A DNA stretch of 64,000 bases from the human T2T-CHM13v2.0 reference genome, Homo sapiens: the NCBI RefSeq assembly GCF_009914755.1, contig NC_060944.1. One strand, 5' to 3'. The translations under genes were made by a program, and so were the position numbers. Below are positions 26,307 through 40,510 of the stretch, piece after piece. The first letter of the stretch is position 1. Every line of letters starts with the position of its first letter. A model generated the notes under the pieces. The model saw only the letters and a program-made list of their open reading frames with translations. It ran no database searches and had not been told where the DNA came from.

Positions 26307-27302
26307 CTGTGGCACAGACATGCAGGCATGATGGTGACCCCGGGTTTCAGGCAGACCGCAGCAGGCACAGGCTCAGGCAGCTGCCCACTGGGAGTGACTG
26401 GGCCCGGGCTCTGCCTCTGAGAAAGCTGAAGTCATCCACTCCCCAGGGAGTGCCCAGAGTGAGGGGAGGGGTGCCAATGGACTGTAAATGATTCCTGTCC
26501 TAGGACTTCCATGATCCCTCAGGATCCTTCCTGAGCCTCAAGCCACCCCCTCCCCGAAATCGCGTGTTTCATTATCACCAGGAGTTTACCAGGGTCCTAC
26601 GGAAAATCAAGAAAGTGAGAAACAGAGACAGAGTCCGAAAAGCAGAGAGGAAGAGAAACAGACAGAAATGCAGTAGGCAAAGAGAAAGAGGAGCATTCAT
26701 ACAGAGAGAGAGAGAGACAGAAAAACACACAGTCTGTCTACACCGAAAGGAGAAGACACAGAGAGGGGACAGACCTGGAGAGAGGGTGGATGAAGGTGGA
26801 AAGAGAGGATCCCCAAGAGTTGGAGGAGACAGTTACCCAATGTACCCATTTCACAGACTGGAGAGCAGGGCCCAGAGAGGGTTAGTGCCATGACCAAAGC
26901 CACACAGGACATGAGTGGCACAGCTGGTCCTTGAACACAGGCCTACTGAACCCGTTATTTTCACCATATGGAAATGTGCATTAAACAAGGTCCCGGAAGT
27001 CACCTGAGATAGTGTCAGGTATTCTGCGTACCGGGAGGGAAACGGTGCCTTGGGTGGAAGGTAGCAGATCCCACTGTAAGTACACTCTGAGGGGCTTTTT
27101 GGTCCTCAGGTTTCTACCCCAGCACCACGGCAAGAGGTTGACTGTGTAAACCACCTCCCATCCTCCATCTCTAGGCTCCCACGCCACGGGTCCTGGAATT
27201 CCCCTGGAGCTCAGCCCCCATGGGCCCAAGGCCAGGCCAGGAGGAAGCTCTCCTGAGCGTTTAATACTCAGCTCTTTCCTTAACCCAAGGGCCCCCACAT
27301 AC

Positions 27303-27398
27303 TTGATGGGCCCCAGGTTCTGGTATTCTTCCCGAATTACAGCTCGAGCCCTATCTTCTGCATTGGTTCTTATCTCAGATTTATTCTTCCTCCAGCCC
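27303..27398 (-). CDS. SLC13A3: SLC13A3 exon 7 (96 bp; GWRKNKSEIRTNAEDRARAVIREEYQNLGPIK)
   Basis: IREEYQNLGP motif; tttcAG|G acceptor, AA|GTATGT donor. Confidence 0.95.
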
Positions 27399-27639
27399 CT
27401 GAAACAGAAAGTGGGAGATTAGGAGTGGCCACTGCAGGTATAACTAACTTCTCACCTACAACAAGCACCACCACCTGACCAAGCCACATCCTCTCTGTCC
27501 GGGAGGCTGCAACTGCCTGATAGCTTGTCTCCCTGCAACTGTCTTCCTTTGCTACAGTTGTTCTCCCCACGTATAGCCTGGTTGATCTTTGAAAATGTGA
27601 ATCTGATGATATGACTTCCAGGCTTAAAATCCATGAGTG

Positions 27640-28980
27640 GGTCAAACAGGCACATGAATAAACACAGGAATCAATGGAACAAAACAGAAAGTCTAGACAC
27701 AGACTCAATCACAAATGGGAATTTAGTCTATAATAAAATTGCTATCTCAGATTGGTGTGGAAAAGATGGGCTATTCAGTAAATGGTATCAGACATATAGA
27801 TCAATGGAACAGAGTTGAGAGTCCAGAAATAAACCCATCCATCTATGGCCAGTTGATTTTTGACAGGCGTACCAAGACTGAATAGTGGGGGAAGGAATAG
27901 CCTTTCAACAAATGGTGCTAGGAAAACTGGACAGCCATGTGGAAAAGAATGAATCTGGACCCCTACCTCACACCAAATACAAAATTAAACCCAAAATGGA
28001 TTGAAGACCTAAATGTTAGAGCTAAAGCCATAACACTCTCAGAAGAAAAGGCAGGGGTAAATTTTCATGTGCCTTGGAATAATATGGTTAGAGTTAAAAC
28101 CATAAACCTCTCAGAAGAAAGGGCAGTGGTAAATTTTCATGCCCTTGGAATAGGCAACAGTTTCTTCAATATTACGTCAAAAACACAAGCCATCAAAGAT
28201 AGATAAATTTGACTTCATCAAAATAGTAAAATGTTGTGTGTCCATAAATGGTGTTAGGACACTGGGTGACCATTTGGGACAAAAAAAAGTGAAGTTGAAT
28301 CCAAACTTCACACTGTACCATAAGGATGAACTCCAAATAGATTAGAGGTTTAAATGTAAAAAAAAATAATAATACTAGAAGAAAACATATGATTATTCTT
28401 TTATAAGTCCTGTATTAGGAAAACCTTTCTAAACTGTAACTGAAATTTCAGAAACCATATGAGAAAAGATTGAAAAAAAAATTAAAACAATTCTGCAGGG
28501 AGAAAAGCACCATAAGCAAAGCCAAAAGACAAATCAGGAAAAAAAATGTAGCTTCTATTGTAGAATAAGCACTCATCTTTCTAAAATATAAAGCATACCA
28601 GAAACTAGTAAGAACAAGACCAAAAACCCATTTGAAAAAAATGTATAAAAATATGAACACACAGTTTCACAATTCACAGGAAAGAAAATACCTATGAACA
28701 AACTTTTCATATGCTTCCAAACCTATGAAAAGTTGCCCAAAATTACTGTTCATAAAATAAACACAAGTTATTTTTCTCTTATCAGATTGGCAAAAATCCA
28801 CTTTGCTGCAAGGAAGCAGACACTCTCATACATTGTTCATGGGAGAGGAAACATGTACGATTTTTATGAAGAATGATTTGATAATATCTATTAAAATAAA
28901 AATGTGTTTATTCTCTGATCCAGAAATCCCACTTCTGGAAATGTATCTTATAAAAATGCTTGCTTCCTTTGAGCTACAGC
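27640..28980 (+). mobile_element. Degenerate L1 ORF2 C-terminal and 3' fragments (nested L1MB/L1MC-type)
   Basis: ORF 27937 WKRMNLDPYLTPNTKLNPKWIEDLNVR matches L1 ORF2p; multiple stops/frameshifts. Confidence 0.85.
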
Positions 28981-29027
28981 TGCAAGGTAAAAGAGAAAAA
29001 AATAATAAAATAAAAATTAAAAAACAG

Positions 29028-29407
<380 letters not shown>

Positions 29408-30066
29408 TTAAGAAAACTCTGGAAGGTTACACAAGAAACCAATAAAAGTGGATGCTTGTTTGGGAGGATATCGTGGCAGAAGAGGCCCATGGTTGGGAAG
29501 AGGGGTTCTCACTGCATACCTCTTAGCGCTGTTTTGATTTTTGAGAAGCATATGTATGTATTGCCTATCCAAATTAAGGTAGCCATATTAAAAAGTAATT
29601 GAAGTAAGCAAAATAAATATAGGAAAACAAAGTGCCAGTATTATATTTTGGCTAGTTATCATTTCTGGCTCAAGTCTCTGGGTCTGAAGCTTGCTCTTTC
29701 TTCGTTTAGAGGTTGATTTGGAAATGTTAGATATTAAGGTTTCTTTAGCACCCAACTGAGACTTTCTCCTCAACGTAAGTAGACTGAGTGATGAGAGTTG
29801 ATAAAGACATATTTCCCATAATATGATTTGGTGTTATTTAGTATTTTGTCCTCATGCCACCCCAAATTATCTTCTGTATCAGGGCCCCATAAAATGGGAA
29901 ATCGTGCACTCCCCTCTTCTCTGGTCAAGAGTGTTTACCTTATTTAAAGACAATACTATTAATAATTATGAATAATATGTGACATCAACAGAGGGTCTGT
30001 GTGTGGCAGGCAGGTCACACCTCTCACTTAATCCTCACATCCCTGGGAGGTCAAGAAATGAGGATA

Positions 30067-30366
30067 TGGCTAGCACGGTGGCTCACACCTATAACCCCAG
30101 AGCTTTGAGAGGCCAAGACAAGAAGGATCACTTGAGGCCAGAAGTTTGAGACAAGCCTGGGCAATATAGTGAGACTCTGTCTCTACAAAAAATTAAAAAA
30201 AAAAATTTAACCAGGCACAGTGGCACTTGCCTGTAGTCTCAGCTACTTGGGAGGCTGAGGCCAGAGGAACACTGAACCTGGGAGATTGAGGCTGCAATGT
30301 GCTATGATCGCACCACTGCACTCCAGCCTGGGCAGCAGAGCAAGACCCTGTCTGTAAAACTAAATG

Positions 30367-30398
<32 letters not shown>

Positions 30399-30421
30399 CA
30401 TACCTACATACATACATACAT
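30067..30421 (+). mobile_element. AluJ with (TACA)n tail, ~125 nt downstream of the exon 6 donor
   Basis: Alu dimer; catacatacata tract 30368-30421. Confidence 0.9.
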
Positions 30422-30546
30422 AAAAGAAAGAAATGAGAATACAACATGAAATAACAATCATCCTCAGTTTTCATAGGCAGATACTGAGGTTAGAAACGCC
30501 ATTCCCTGCTTCCCCACTCTATTGCCAAAAAGAAAATGAGAGGTAC

Positions 30547-30672
30547 CTGAAGCTCAGTCCCCCGTACAGGAAGGAGATCCAGAGCCAGCCTGCCAACAGG
30601 AACAACAGCATAAGAGGGAAGGCGAAAATGAACCAGGAGCCGAAATTCACCACGTCACACTGCGGAAAGAAA
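30547..30672 (-). CDS. SLC13A3: SLC13A3 exon 6 (126 bp; FFPQCDVVNFGSWFIFAFP...GGLSFR)
   Basis: VNFGSWF motif; ttctccAG|T acceptor, AG|GTACCT donor. Confidence 0.96.
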
Positions 30673-33447
30673 CTGGAGAACAGCGGGAGATGAGAACAGG
30701 CCAAGGGCAGCCATGCCCATTTTGGGAGTGGGAGAGGGGACCAGGCAGTACTAGTAGCAGCGGGGAGGAGGAATGAGAGGGTCCCATGGAAGTCTTGGGA
30801 ACAGTGTTTTCCACCAATTCTAATAGAAGCACCCTTTTTTCCTCTTCTTTGGAGGCTGCTGGCTTCTGACCTAGTGGGACCAATGGGTGCCCTACAGTCA
30901 AAATCTCTGCCCCCTGGAGGCCAGACAGGTACCTGAGTGAGTGAAACAGGCCAGGCTGGGCCATGGTGAATTGAAGAGAGCCCTGCTCATTAAAGGGCTC
31001 AGCTGCTATTTGCTTCCCCACGGTTGCCATGCAAGAGTGCAGGGCCAGTAAGCCCAGGTTTGGGTTTTACTTGAAATTATGTGATGTTTAAATGTTGACA
31101 ATTCATGAAAATGTTTTAATGAATGTGGGAGTCACATATAACACATCTGCAGGCTGAAACCTTTGCCCTCCTTATTACATATGCTCAAAGACCCTGGGCA
31201 TTTTGTCCAGGCAATGGTGATGTCGATGAGTTCTTTCTCTGCTGAACGGTGTCCAATCTCAGTTTTATTAAGACATCATCAAGCCTGAAAAGATGAAGGG
31301 CAATAACACTCAGTGCTGGTGAAGATGTGGAAAAACAGGCAGATTCTTGATGTTTGTTCGTCAGAATATTCTTTTCTGGAGAGGAATTTGGTAAAATGCA
31401 GTAAGAGTCTTAAAAATGTGCATATCCTTTTACCCAGAAATTCTACTACTAGAAATAAACTTTAAAAAAACAACCAGAAATGTGGTCAGGAATATAAGTG
31501 CTAGATTGAAAAGAGGAAAAGTAAGTTATAGAATGATGTATACAAAAGTATGTGGATACTCACGGACATTTCTAGGTAAATAATAAACCAAAACCTTAAC
31601 AGTTATTGTATAACAAATAAGCAAACAAAAATATTAATAAACTCTATATAGTGGGATTCTAAGAGGTTTTTATTTCCTCCTTTTTCTCTACCTGTATTTT
31701 CTACAATGAATAAGTATACCTCTATAATTAGACAAAATAAAAATATTGTTTTAAAAATATTAAAATATCAGCAAGTGTGTGGTCAGTTACATAATTTGTA
31801 ATAGCAAAATAATAATTATTATAAAATGAAAACAATCAATGCTTATGATTAAAGCATGTACACCCAAAATAAGACAATACATAGTCACTAAAAATTATGT
31901 TTTCTAAAAAATTTTAATAATAAAATCAGACTATAAAACTGTATTAAGAGCATAGTGGCAAAAACGTTAAATATATACACATTTAATATATGGACATAGA
32001 AAAGTCTAGAAGAAAGTCTGTTAAAATATCGACAGTGGGATTGGAGGTATTTCAAACTTCTTTTTCTACATTTTCCAAATGTTCTTTAGTGTGCCAATAT
32101 CATTTTATAATCAGAATAAACCAATAAAATGTATTTTGGCAACAAGGGCCAAAGGACCACTCAGGGCAATCACTTCTCCTCTCCCCAGGCTTCTCCTGTT
32201 CTCAGCTGGAGAATCAAAATCACATATTACCTAGCATTCCTTTTAAATCCCCTCTTCCTACACCAGAGGGTCTGCATTTGAGCCCTTGTGTTGCATAAGA
32301 TTTGCATGAAATTTACTTGAAATCCCACATTTGATATTTTTACTGTATATATGTTAATATTATATATTTTATGTATTATATGTTAATATAATATATATTA
32401 CATACTTAAACATACATAAGATATATTTTAGAAAATATAAATATGAAATAGACATATAAAAAATATAATTTCCCCAATTTCATTTCAGGTTGGAACAAAG
32501 TCCTACTCACATCAGGGCAGGCAGGCAGCCTGTAAACGCTTTGACAACAACTGCTCCCCTCCAATTCTCTCCATCCCCAACCTAGGCTCTGCTCTCCATC
32601 CCCAGAGCCCACATCTTCCTGTCCAGCCCTGGGGATGGGTCCTGGCAAACCCTAATACCAAATGCCTACCTTCCCCCTTGGCAGAACGCTAAAGGGCTGA
32701 GCCTAGATCCTCCCCACACCTGAAGCAGGACCATCTTTGCTTCTGGTTTTTCTGTCACTGAGCTAAAACCAGAAGGCACAGCCAGCCTTGTTTAAAGGAT
32801 AGCGATAAAAAGACATCTAAGGTTTGCAGTAAAACTCAGTGGGCTTAAATCAATTGGTGAAATACACCCACAACTTCTTTTTTTTTTTTTTCACCTCTCC
32901 CAGTGCATGGTTGACAATCACTGGTTTCCATCATCAAATCTTAAAATCAAAGCATTTTGGAAGCTGAGAATGTATTGGCAATTCATCTCACTCAGGGGTT
33001 AAGGTTTTAAAATCAGCACATGTGGCCAAACATGGGTGTACTAAAATCTCTTGTGAAAATACCTATAATGACTCACATGTATGTTACTGAGGGTTGCACA
33101 CATAGCAAACCTCTCTCGGGGAGATCAGCAGGGCCTCCCTTCATTCATCCCCACAGGTTTTTGATTCTTTGGTTGGCCAACAGGTAAAGAAGTCAGCTAG
33201 TATTTGCAGCCACGTTGAATATCAAATACTATTTGGTGTCCTTTGTTGGCCAAATGCTTACATTTGCATTTATGTAAATCAAATGAACCTATGCTACATC
33301 TCCACTGCAAGGAATCTTAGAAACCCTGCCTCGGAATCCTGGAACCTAAAAGTCTTAAAGACAGAATCTTGAAATACTGAAGTTTTAAAAGCTTAGAAAC
33401 CAGAGGTTTAGAATAATGGGAGCGGCACGTTGTGCAGTTGGAACATC

Positions 33448-33522
33448 TTTTCTTTTCTCTTTTCTCTTTTCTTTTCTTTTTTTTAGAGCAGGAGTGAAAG
33501 TTTATTAAAAAGTTATAAAGCA
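33448..33522 (-). mobile_element. Micro-retrocopy: 38-nt mRNA 3' end with AATAAA, degenerate poly(A) tail and TSD
   Basis: TSD ggaacatcttt at 33440-33450 and 33523-33533; tttatt at 33501-33506; T-rich tail 33448-33484. Confidence 0.75.
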
Positions 33523-34299
33523 GGAACATCTTTCTTTTATCCTCGTGCCCTGACCGGCCACCCAGTCACTGCTGACCACTTCCAGGGGTGGGGAGACTTT
33601 AGCTCCCAGCAGAGCCCACTCCACTGGGGGACCCTGCTTATGGTTGGAAGGCTTCTCTTGGGCCATGACGGCCACAGACCCATGCCTCCCGCTGGATCAC
33701 TCCTCTGCTGTGACCTTTCCAATGACCCCCATCTCACTTGGAGGAAAAGCTGGAGTCCTTAGACAACACTTACCGCTATAACCTTTTGTCTTCTCACCTT
33801 CCCTTCGCCCCAGGCTCTTCGTCTCCCTGGTTTTCTTGCTGGTCCCTGAACCTCCCCAGGAACAGCTCCACCTCCAAGCCCTGTAGGAGCTACTCCCCAC
33901 TGTCGGCAATGCCTTTCCCTCCTGTGTCCACATGGCTCATTCCCTTCTAGGTCTCTGCTCAAATGTCAGCCCATCAGAGAGAACGGGTGTCCTTGACCAA
34001 CCTACATAAACTAGCACCCCACTCTCCTCACTTCTACCCTCTTTCCCTGCTGTATTTTTTTCCTAACTTATCACACAGATATATTTTATATTCATTTGCT
34101 TTTTCACTTATTGCCTGTCTCTCCCGCCAGAATGGAAGTTCCCCAAGGGCAGGGATCTCACTGGATTTTGTGCATTGCTGTGTTCCCAGAGCCTGGCCCA
34201 GAGAAGGCCCTCAATACACATTCCCTGGATGTTGAATGAAGGAGGGAAGAGGAGGGGAGGAGCAGAACCCTCCCCGCCGGTGGGGACTCTCGCTTTCAC

Positions 34300-34485
34300 C
34301 TCTTGAGCTGGCCAAGCAGGATGAGGTTAGGGGCTGTGCCCGTGAGTGTGGCTGTGCCCCCAATACTGGCTGAGTAGGGGATGGAGATGAGGAAGCCCTT
34401 CCAGATGTTCCGACGATATTCATCCTCCTTCCTGGAGTCAGCCGGCAGATCCAGTGGAACCTCTGTCTCCCCAGGGTGGTCTTTG
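34300..34485 (-). CDS. SLC13A3: SLC13A3 exon 5 (186 bp; KDHPGETEV...[25 protein letters not shown])
   Basis: Conserved [14 protein letters not shown] motif; tttaaAG|C acceptor, AG|GTGAAA donor. Confidence 0.95.
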
Positions 34486-34911
34486 CTTTAAACAAATCCA
34501 AAGAGAAGCCATTCAGAATACATGGAGAACAGGCCACAGACTGCCTGGGAGTTGGGGAGCTAAGTGATCTTTCTAGAAGGTAATTTGGCACAGGTATCAA
34601 AAACCCGTAACAAGGTGCAACTCTTCAGCTCAGATGTTCTACTCTAAGAATGTATCCTAAAGGAATAGACAAGTGTCTCAGGTGTGGGTACAAGGGAATT
34701 CACCATGCCATTAAATATAATTTAAATGAAGGACAGTCTAAATGCCCATCAAAAAGGGGCTGATAATAAAGATGACTCTCTTCCTGAATGGAACACCAAT
34801 GCAGCTATTAAATGGATGCTTACTAAGATGAGAGCTGTCCAGTCATAAACTATAGTGAAAAGGCATGTCACAGTACTATTTAGTTTTTTATTTTATAAAT
34901 ACTTATGTTGC

Positions 34912-35225
<314 letters not shown>

Positions 35226-35564
35226 TAAAGAAATGGCTATGTTTCATGAATATAAGAATATTTAAAGTCTAGAAATATATGCAAGTTGTTTTGATACCTT
35301 TCCCAGGAGTGGAATTACATATTATTTTCCTTTTTTATTTTCTGGGTTGTTTTTCTTGTACAGTTAAAGAGTTTTGGGAAATAATGAAATTAAGAATTAC
35401 TAAGTACATAAGTAAAAGATCATTAATGTTGGCATTATTGAGATGAAATGATGTCCGCTATTCTCCATTAAATAAAATAGGTATTTGGAAACAGACTGAA
35501 ATGAAGAAAAAAATGTGAAATAGCAGGTTACAAAACAGCGTACATAGAATTATCAATTTATGTT

Positions 35565-35917
<353 letters not shown>

Positions 35918-36829
35918 TAGAATGGTATTCATTTAACTGTTATAATCTACCTCTGGAAGTGAGATGTTAAATGCATTTATCTTTTATTTCAAGAGTATTT
36001 TTTGACATATGCAATTGTAAATTGTTTCTAAGCGAATGAAACTGAGAATTGCTGTAGCACTGATAGATATGTTAATGAGCTTGACTGTGGTAGTCATTTC
36101 ACAATGTGCCCATATATCAAAACATTACATTGTATATCTTAAATATATATAATTTTTATTTGTCAATTATACTTCAATGAATCTGAAAAAAAGATAAATT
36201 AAGATTTTTAAAAAAGTGTTCTGTGTAACAAATCAATTTTTTTAAATTAAAGTGGAAATTAAAATGAAAAAATATTTACTTAAAGAAGGAAAGATAATTC
36301 AAATACCCTCTGGCCTGAATCACTACATAAGGGACTCCTTCCCCAGAGGGCAATGTGGACATGAGCTGGGGTCTGAGTAGCTGATTTCCAGTATGACAGG
36401 AAGGCAAAGACCAGAAGCAGGTGGAAACTACCGTCATGGTCTGACTTCTTAGGAGTGGCAGGCCTGGTCCAGAACTGTGGCCTCCCTCAGACCTGGGGAC
36501 CCTAACCATCCTGAGTATCGAAAAGAGAAAAAGCAGAAAGGGCCCTAGAGTTTATCTAGAGCAAACACTTTTTTGTTCAGGTGAGGAAACTGAGGCCCAG
36601 AGAAGGGAAGGGGTTTGCATCCAACAGATGTAGGCTTCTAGAGGGTGAGGACTGGGTTTTGCAACAGACCCAGTGCAAGCACTGCACAGGCAGATGTTTA
36701 AAGCATATTTCCAGGCCACACAGTCATGAGTGGCTGAACCAATCACAGAACTCATGTCTCAAAGTTGGACTCAAAGCCCCCAAACATGGTGCCAAGAGGG
36801 AGCACAGGCTGTGGGATGAAACAGGCATA

Positions 36830-37410
36830 AGGTCATGCCCCTCTCCTGCTAAAATCTCCATCAGCTCCCATCTCATTCAAAATCAAGGTTATATCTATGG
36901 CTCATGATGTCCCACATGCTCTGTCCTCCACCATCACTCTCTCCCCCCGAAGCCAACTCTCAGACCCCACCTCCTACCATGTGCTCACTCATTCACTCGG
37001 CTCCAGCCACACTGGCTTCCTGGCTGTTCTTTGACCTCTCAGGAGCTTTGCACGTGCTGGTCCACACGCTGAGAACACTCTTCCCATGGATTCCCCCACC
37101 ACTCCCCACCTCTTGCAGAGATTTGCTCAAGGACGATCTTCTTGTGATGACTTCCCTGACCACCCATATTCAAACTGCCCCTTCCCAATTACCAGCTCGC
37201 CTCCCCCACCCTTTTCCTGCTTTGATCTCCCTCTGAAGCTTATCAACCACCCAACACACCATGGATTACATTCACTTATCCATTTCTTGCCACTAGAATG
37301 TAAGCCCATAAGGGCTGGGCTTTCTGTCTTTTCCTTGCTGTATCTCCATCCTTAGAATAGTGCCTGGCTCATCGTAAGCTCCCAATAAATATTAGTGAAT
37401 GAATGAAATA
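36830..37410. mobile_element. L2 3' fragment
   Basis: ctccagccacactggc...cactagaatgtaagc...gaatgaatgaa terminus. Confidence 0.7.
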
Positions 37411-38113
37411 GACCGGATCAATGCCCAGCACTGCCTTGAGCAGATCGCTTGGCTCCCTGTTGTGTCATCACTGTTAAATTGAGATCACAATGTCATAATA
37501 ACAAGTGCTAACATCTGGACGTGTAAGGTCCAGCCAACCTGCTCTGTCTACATTATCTCATTGTCTCACACAGCCAGTATGGAGCAGAGCCAGAGTTCGA
37601 AGTCAGGTGTTTGTGACTCCAAATCCCATGATCTTAACTACACTGCCATAATGCAAAGGATACTGTAGACTAAATGCGATTTCAACATCAATGTGAAGAT
37701 GCTTTGTAAGTCATGTAGGGTGAAGGGCTGTTATTGTTTTATAAGGAATTTTTTTGTCTGTATGGACTGTTAACCCTGCCTGCAACCCTCTCCTCCTTGA
37801 CTGTCATGCAGTTTGTGCTATCTTGCTTTTTTGGGTCTCTTCTTTCAAGAGGAAAGTACCTGTGATCCTCAACCTCACCAGATCTTTAGGGATTTAATGT
37901 GCTGCCCTACCCTTTCCATGTCTGCATTTTTTTTTAAATGAGGCTGTTGAGGTTAATGTTTAAGCCACAGAGATGAATGGTGGAAACTCAGGCATTAGGT
38001 CATTTGGAGAAAAATTCAGGGATGGGAGGAAAATGGTTTGCAGCATTGAATTCTTGTTCATCATCTCCTTGAATCAAGCACTGGGTCCTCTATGAATTTC
38101 ACCAGTAACTTAC

Positions 38114-38180
38114 GCTTCTGTGCTGGCGAGAAACTGCATCTCCGTGGGCACAGTGTGTAGGCCGTTTCTCCGCACAGCAG
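38114..38180 (-). CDS. SLC13A3: SLC13A3 exon 4 (67 bp; AAVRRNGLHTVPTEMQFLASTEA)
   Basis: Manual translation of minus strand; tcctcctAG|CT acceptor, GC|GTAAGT donor; frame links exons 3 and 5. Confidence 0.93.
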
Positions 38181-38312
38181 CTAGGAGGAAAGAGCATGAT
38201 GTCTTTAATGTAATGTAGCGAATGGAACAGGAGTGTCCCAAATCTTGTGAAGTCAGTCAAGAATGCTTTCTTTGCCAAGGATCCTATACTACTCACTGAA
38301 TCAAAAGACAAA

Positions 38313-38621
38313 GACAGAGAGAGAGAGGAAGAGAGGGAGGAAGGGAGAGAGAGGAAGGGAGAGAGGGGGAGGGAGGGAGGGAGAGAGAGATGGAGGAAGG
38401 AAGGAAAGGAAAGGAAAGGAAAGGAAAGGGAGGGAAAGAAAGAAAGAAAGAAAGAGGGAAGGAAGGAAGGAAGGAAAGGAAGGAAGGAAGGAAAGGAAAA
38501 GAAAGGAAAGGAAAGAAAAGGAAGGGAAAGGAAAGGGAGGGAAAGAAAGAAAGAAAGGAGGAAGGAAGGAAGGAAAGGAAGGAAGGAAGGAAGGAAAAGG
38601 AAAGGAAAAAGAAAAGAAAGG
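38313..38621. repeat. ~310-bp polypurine (GA/GGAA/GAAA) tract
   Basis: Almost purine-only; 38392-38621 contains no pyrimidine. Confidence 0.95.
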
Positions 38622-38819
38622 TCATTCAGCATTCTATCCTCCTGTCCTACCATCCATATGTGAAGATGTGCCCAGGCCTGTTGGCAGGGGTTTAGCTGCA
38701 GGGCTGCTTGACAACCCATAACTCAAGCTTAGGCTTACCTGAGCAGCCATTGCCAAAGTTGTGAAAGGCCAGCTATGAATGGTAATGAGTCATCAATGGG
38801 TTGGACGACCCCAATTGTC

Positions 38820-40200
38820 CATTCATTCATTCATCCAAAAAGTATTTATTGAGCACCTACTATGTGCTATTGACTATGTTCTCAGGGTACTCTGTGAACA
38901 ATATAGAACAAGGCCCCTGGCTTCCATGGAGGTCATACTCTAGAAGGGGAGGCAGGAAATAAATGAATAAAGAAAATTTTAGGTAGGGACAAATGTATGG
39001 AGGAAATAGAACTGGGTAATGTGACTGGAAAGTGGAGAGGGGAGTAGGTGGGCTCTCCCTTCAACAGAGAAGACACTGTGTGCTGATGGCCTCGGGTCTG
39101 AGACCTCAAGGATAAAATGGAATCCATCCTATGAAGAGCCCTGGGAAAAGGGTGCAAGGAAACAGGAACAGCAAGTGCAAAGGCCCGGCAGTAAGGAGGT
39201 GCTTGGCTGAGATGAAGAACTGAGGAAGCCCATGTGCTGGGAAAGAGGTGTATAGGAAAGGCCTAGGGGAGATGGGGGTGGGGACGGAGTGGGCAAAGGC
39301 CAACGGGAACTAAATCAGGGATGGGGACCCCCTGCAGGATTTAATGCCCAAGACGATATGATTTACATTTTATAAACAACTCTGGGCCTGGTCCGAGAGA
39401 ATGGACGTAGGGAAAGGGGCAAAAATGGAAGCTGAGAGTCCAGTTCTGGATCTGTTGCATTTTCCAGCTAAGATGATGATGGCTGGATTTGGCTGGTAAC
39501 CATACAGACCCTGAGAGTAATAAGTGGTGGATGTGTTTCAGTTCTTTTGAGATAAGAGCTTGGTGCAACTTGGAACCCAGAGCCAAAACTGGGGCACATG
39601 AACCCTAGCCAACTGATCCCTCAGCAAATCGCTATGGAGCACCTGTCATGTACCTGGTGCTGAGTGACAAAAGATGAAAGTCCATGTCCTCATGGAGCTG
39701 ATCTTCTGGTGGGGGAGACAGACCACACACGACTAAGTAATATACGCAGTATGTCAAATGAAGATGCATGCCATGCAAAAGAACAAGGCAGGGAAGGAGC
39801 CAGGCATCCTGGGGTGAGACACCTTCTTCAAGGCTCAAAGAAAGTCTGATGGAGAAGGAAAATTTGACTTTGAACCAAGACCTGAAGGTGAGGGGATGAG
39901 CCAAGCAAACATCTGGGGCAAGAAAGAGCAGGTGCAAAGGCCCTGGGGTGGGAGCACACCCAGGAAGCAAAGGGGAGGCCAGTGGAGCTGCAGGGGCCAG
40001 AGGGAGGAGAAGAGTAAGAGGAGGCAAGGTAAGAGAAGTGGCAGGGGGTGGAGGTGGTAGGAAGTGGGTGGGATCATGCAGGGATCTCAGAGCTCACAGG
40101 AAGGACTGTGGCTTCTCCTCTGAGTCAGGTAGGAACTAGAGTAGCATTTGAGCAGAGGAGGCTCAGGACAGGAGCTAACTTTGTTTTTAAAGTTATTTCT
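38820..40200. mobile_element. Two successive L2 3' fragments
   Basis: cattcattcat..tttattgagcacctactatgtgc; repeated gtgcaaaggcc motifs. Confidence 0.7.
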
Positions 40201-40202
40201 CT

Positions 40203-40510
40203 GGTCAAGTGTGGTGGTTCATGCCTATAATCCCAGCTACTCAGGAGGCTAAGGCAGGAGGATTGCTTGAGCCGAGAGTTTGAAACTAGCCTGAGCCAGA
40301 TAGTGAGACCACATCTCTAAAAAACATTCTCCAAAAAATTAGCTGGGTGTGGTGGTGCATGCCTGTAGTCCCAACCACTCCAGAGGCTGAGGTGGAGGAT
40401 CTGTTGAGCCCAGGAGTTGGAGGCTGCAGTGAGGTATGATCATGCTACTGCACTCCACCTTGGGTGACAGAGAAAGACCTTGTCTCTTAAAACAAACACA
40501 CAAAAATAAT
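40203..40510 (+). mobile_element. AluJ
   Basis: Full dimer. Confidence 0.9.

Noticed and set aside
38099-38721. Long F/L/S/P and K/E/R/G ORFs
   Set aside because: Translations of the polypurine tract, which cannot contain stop codons
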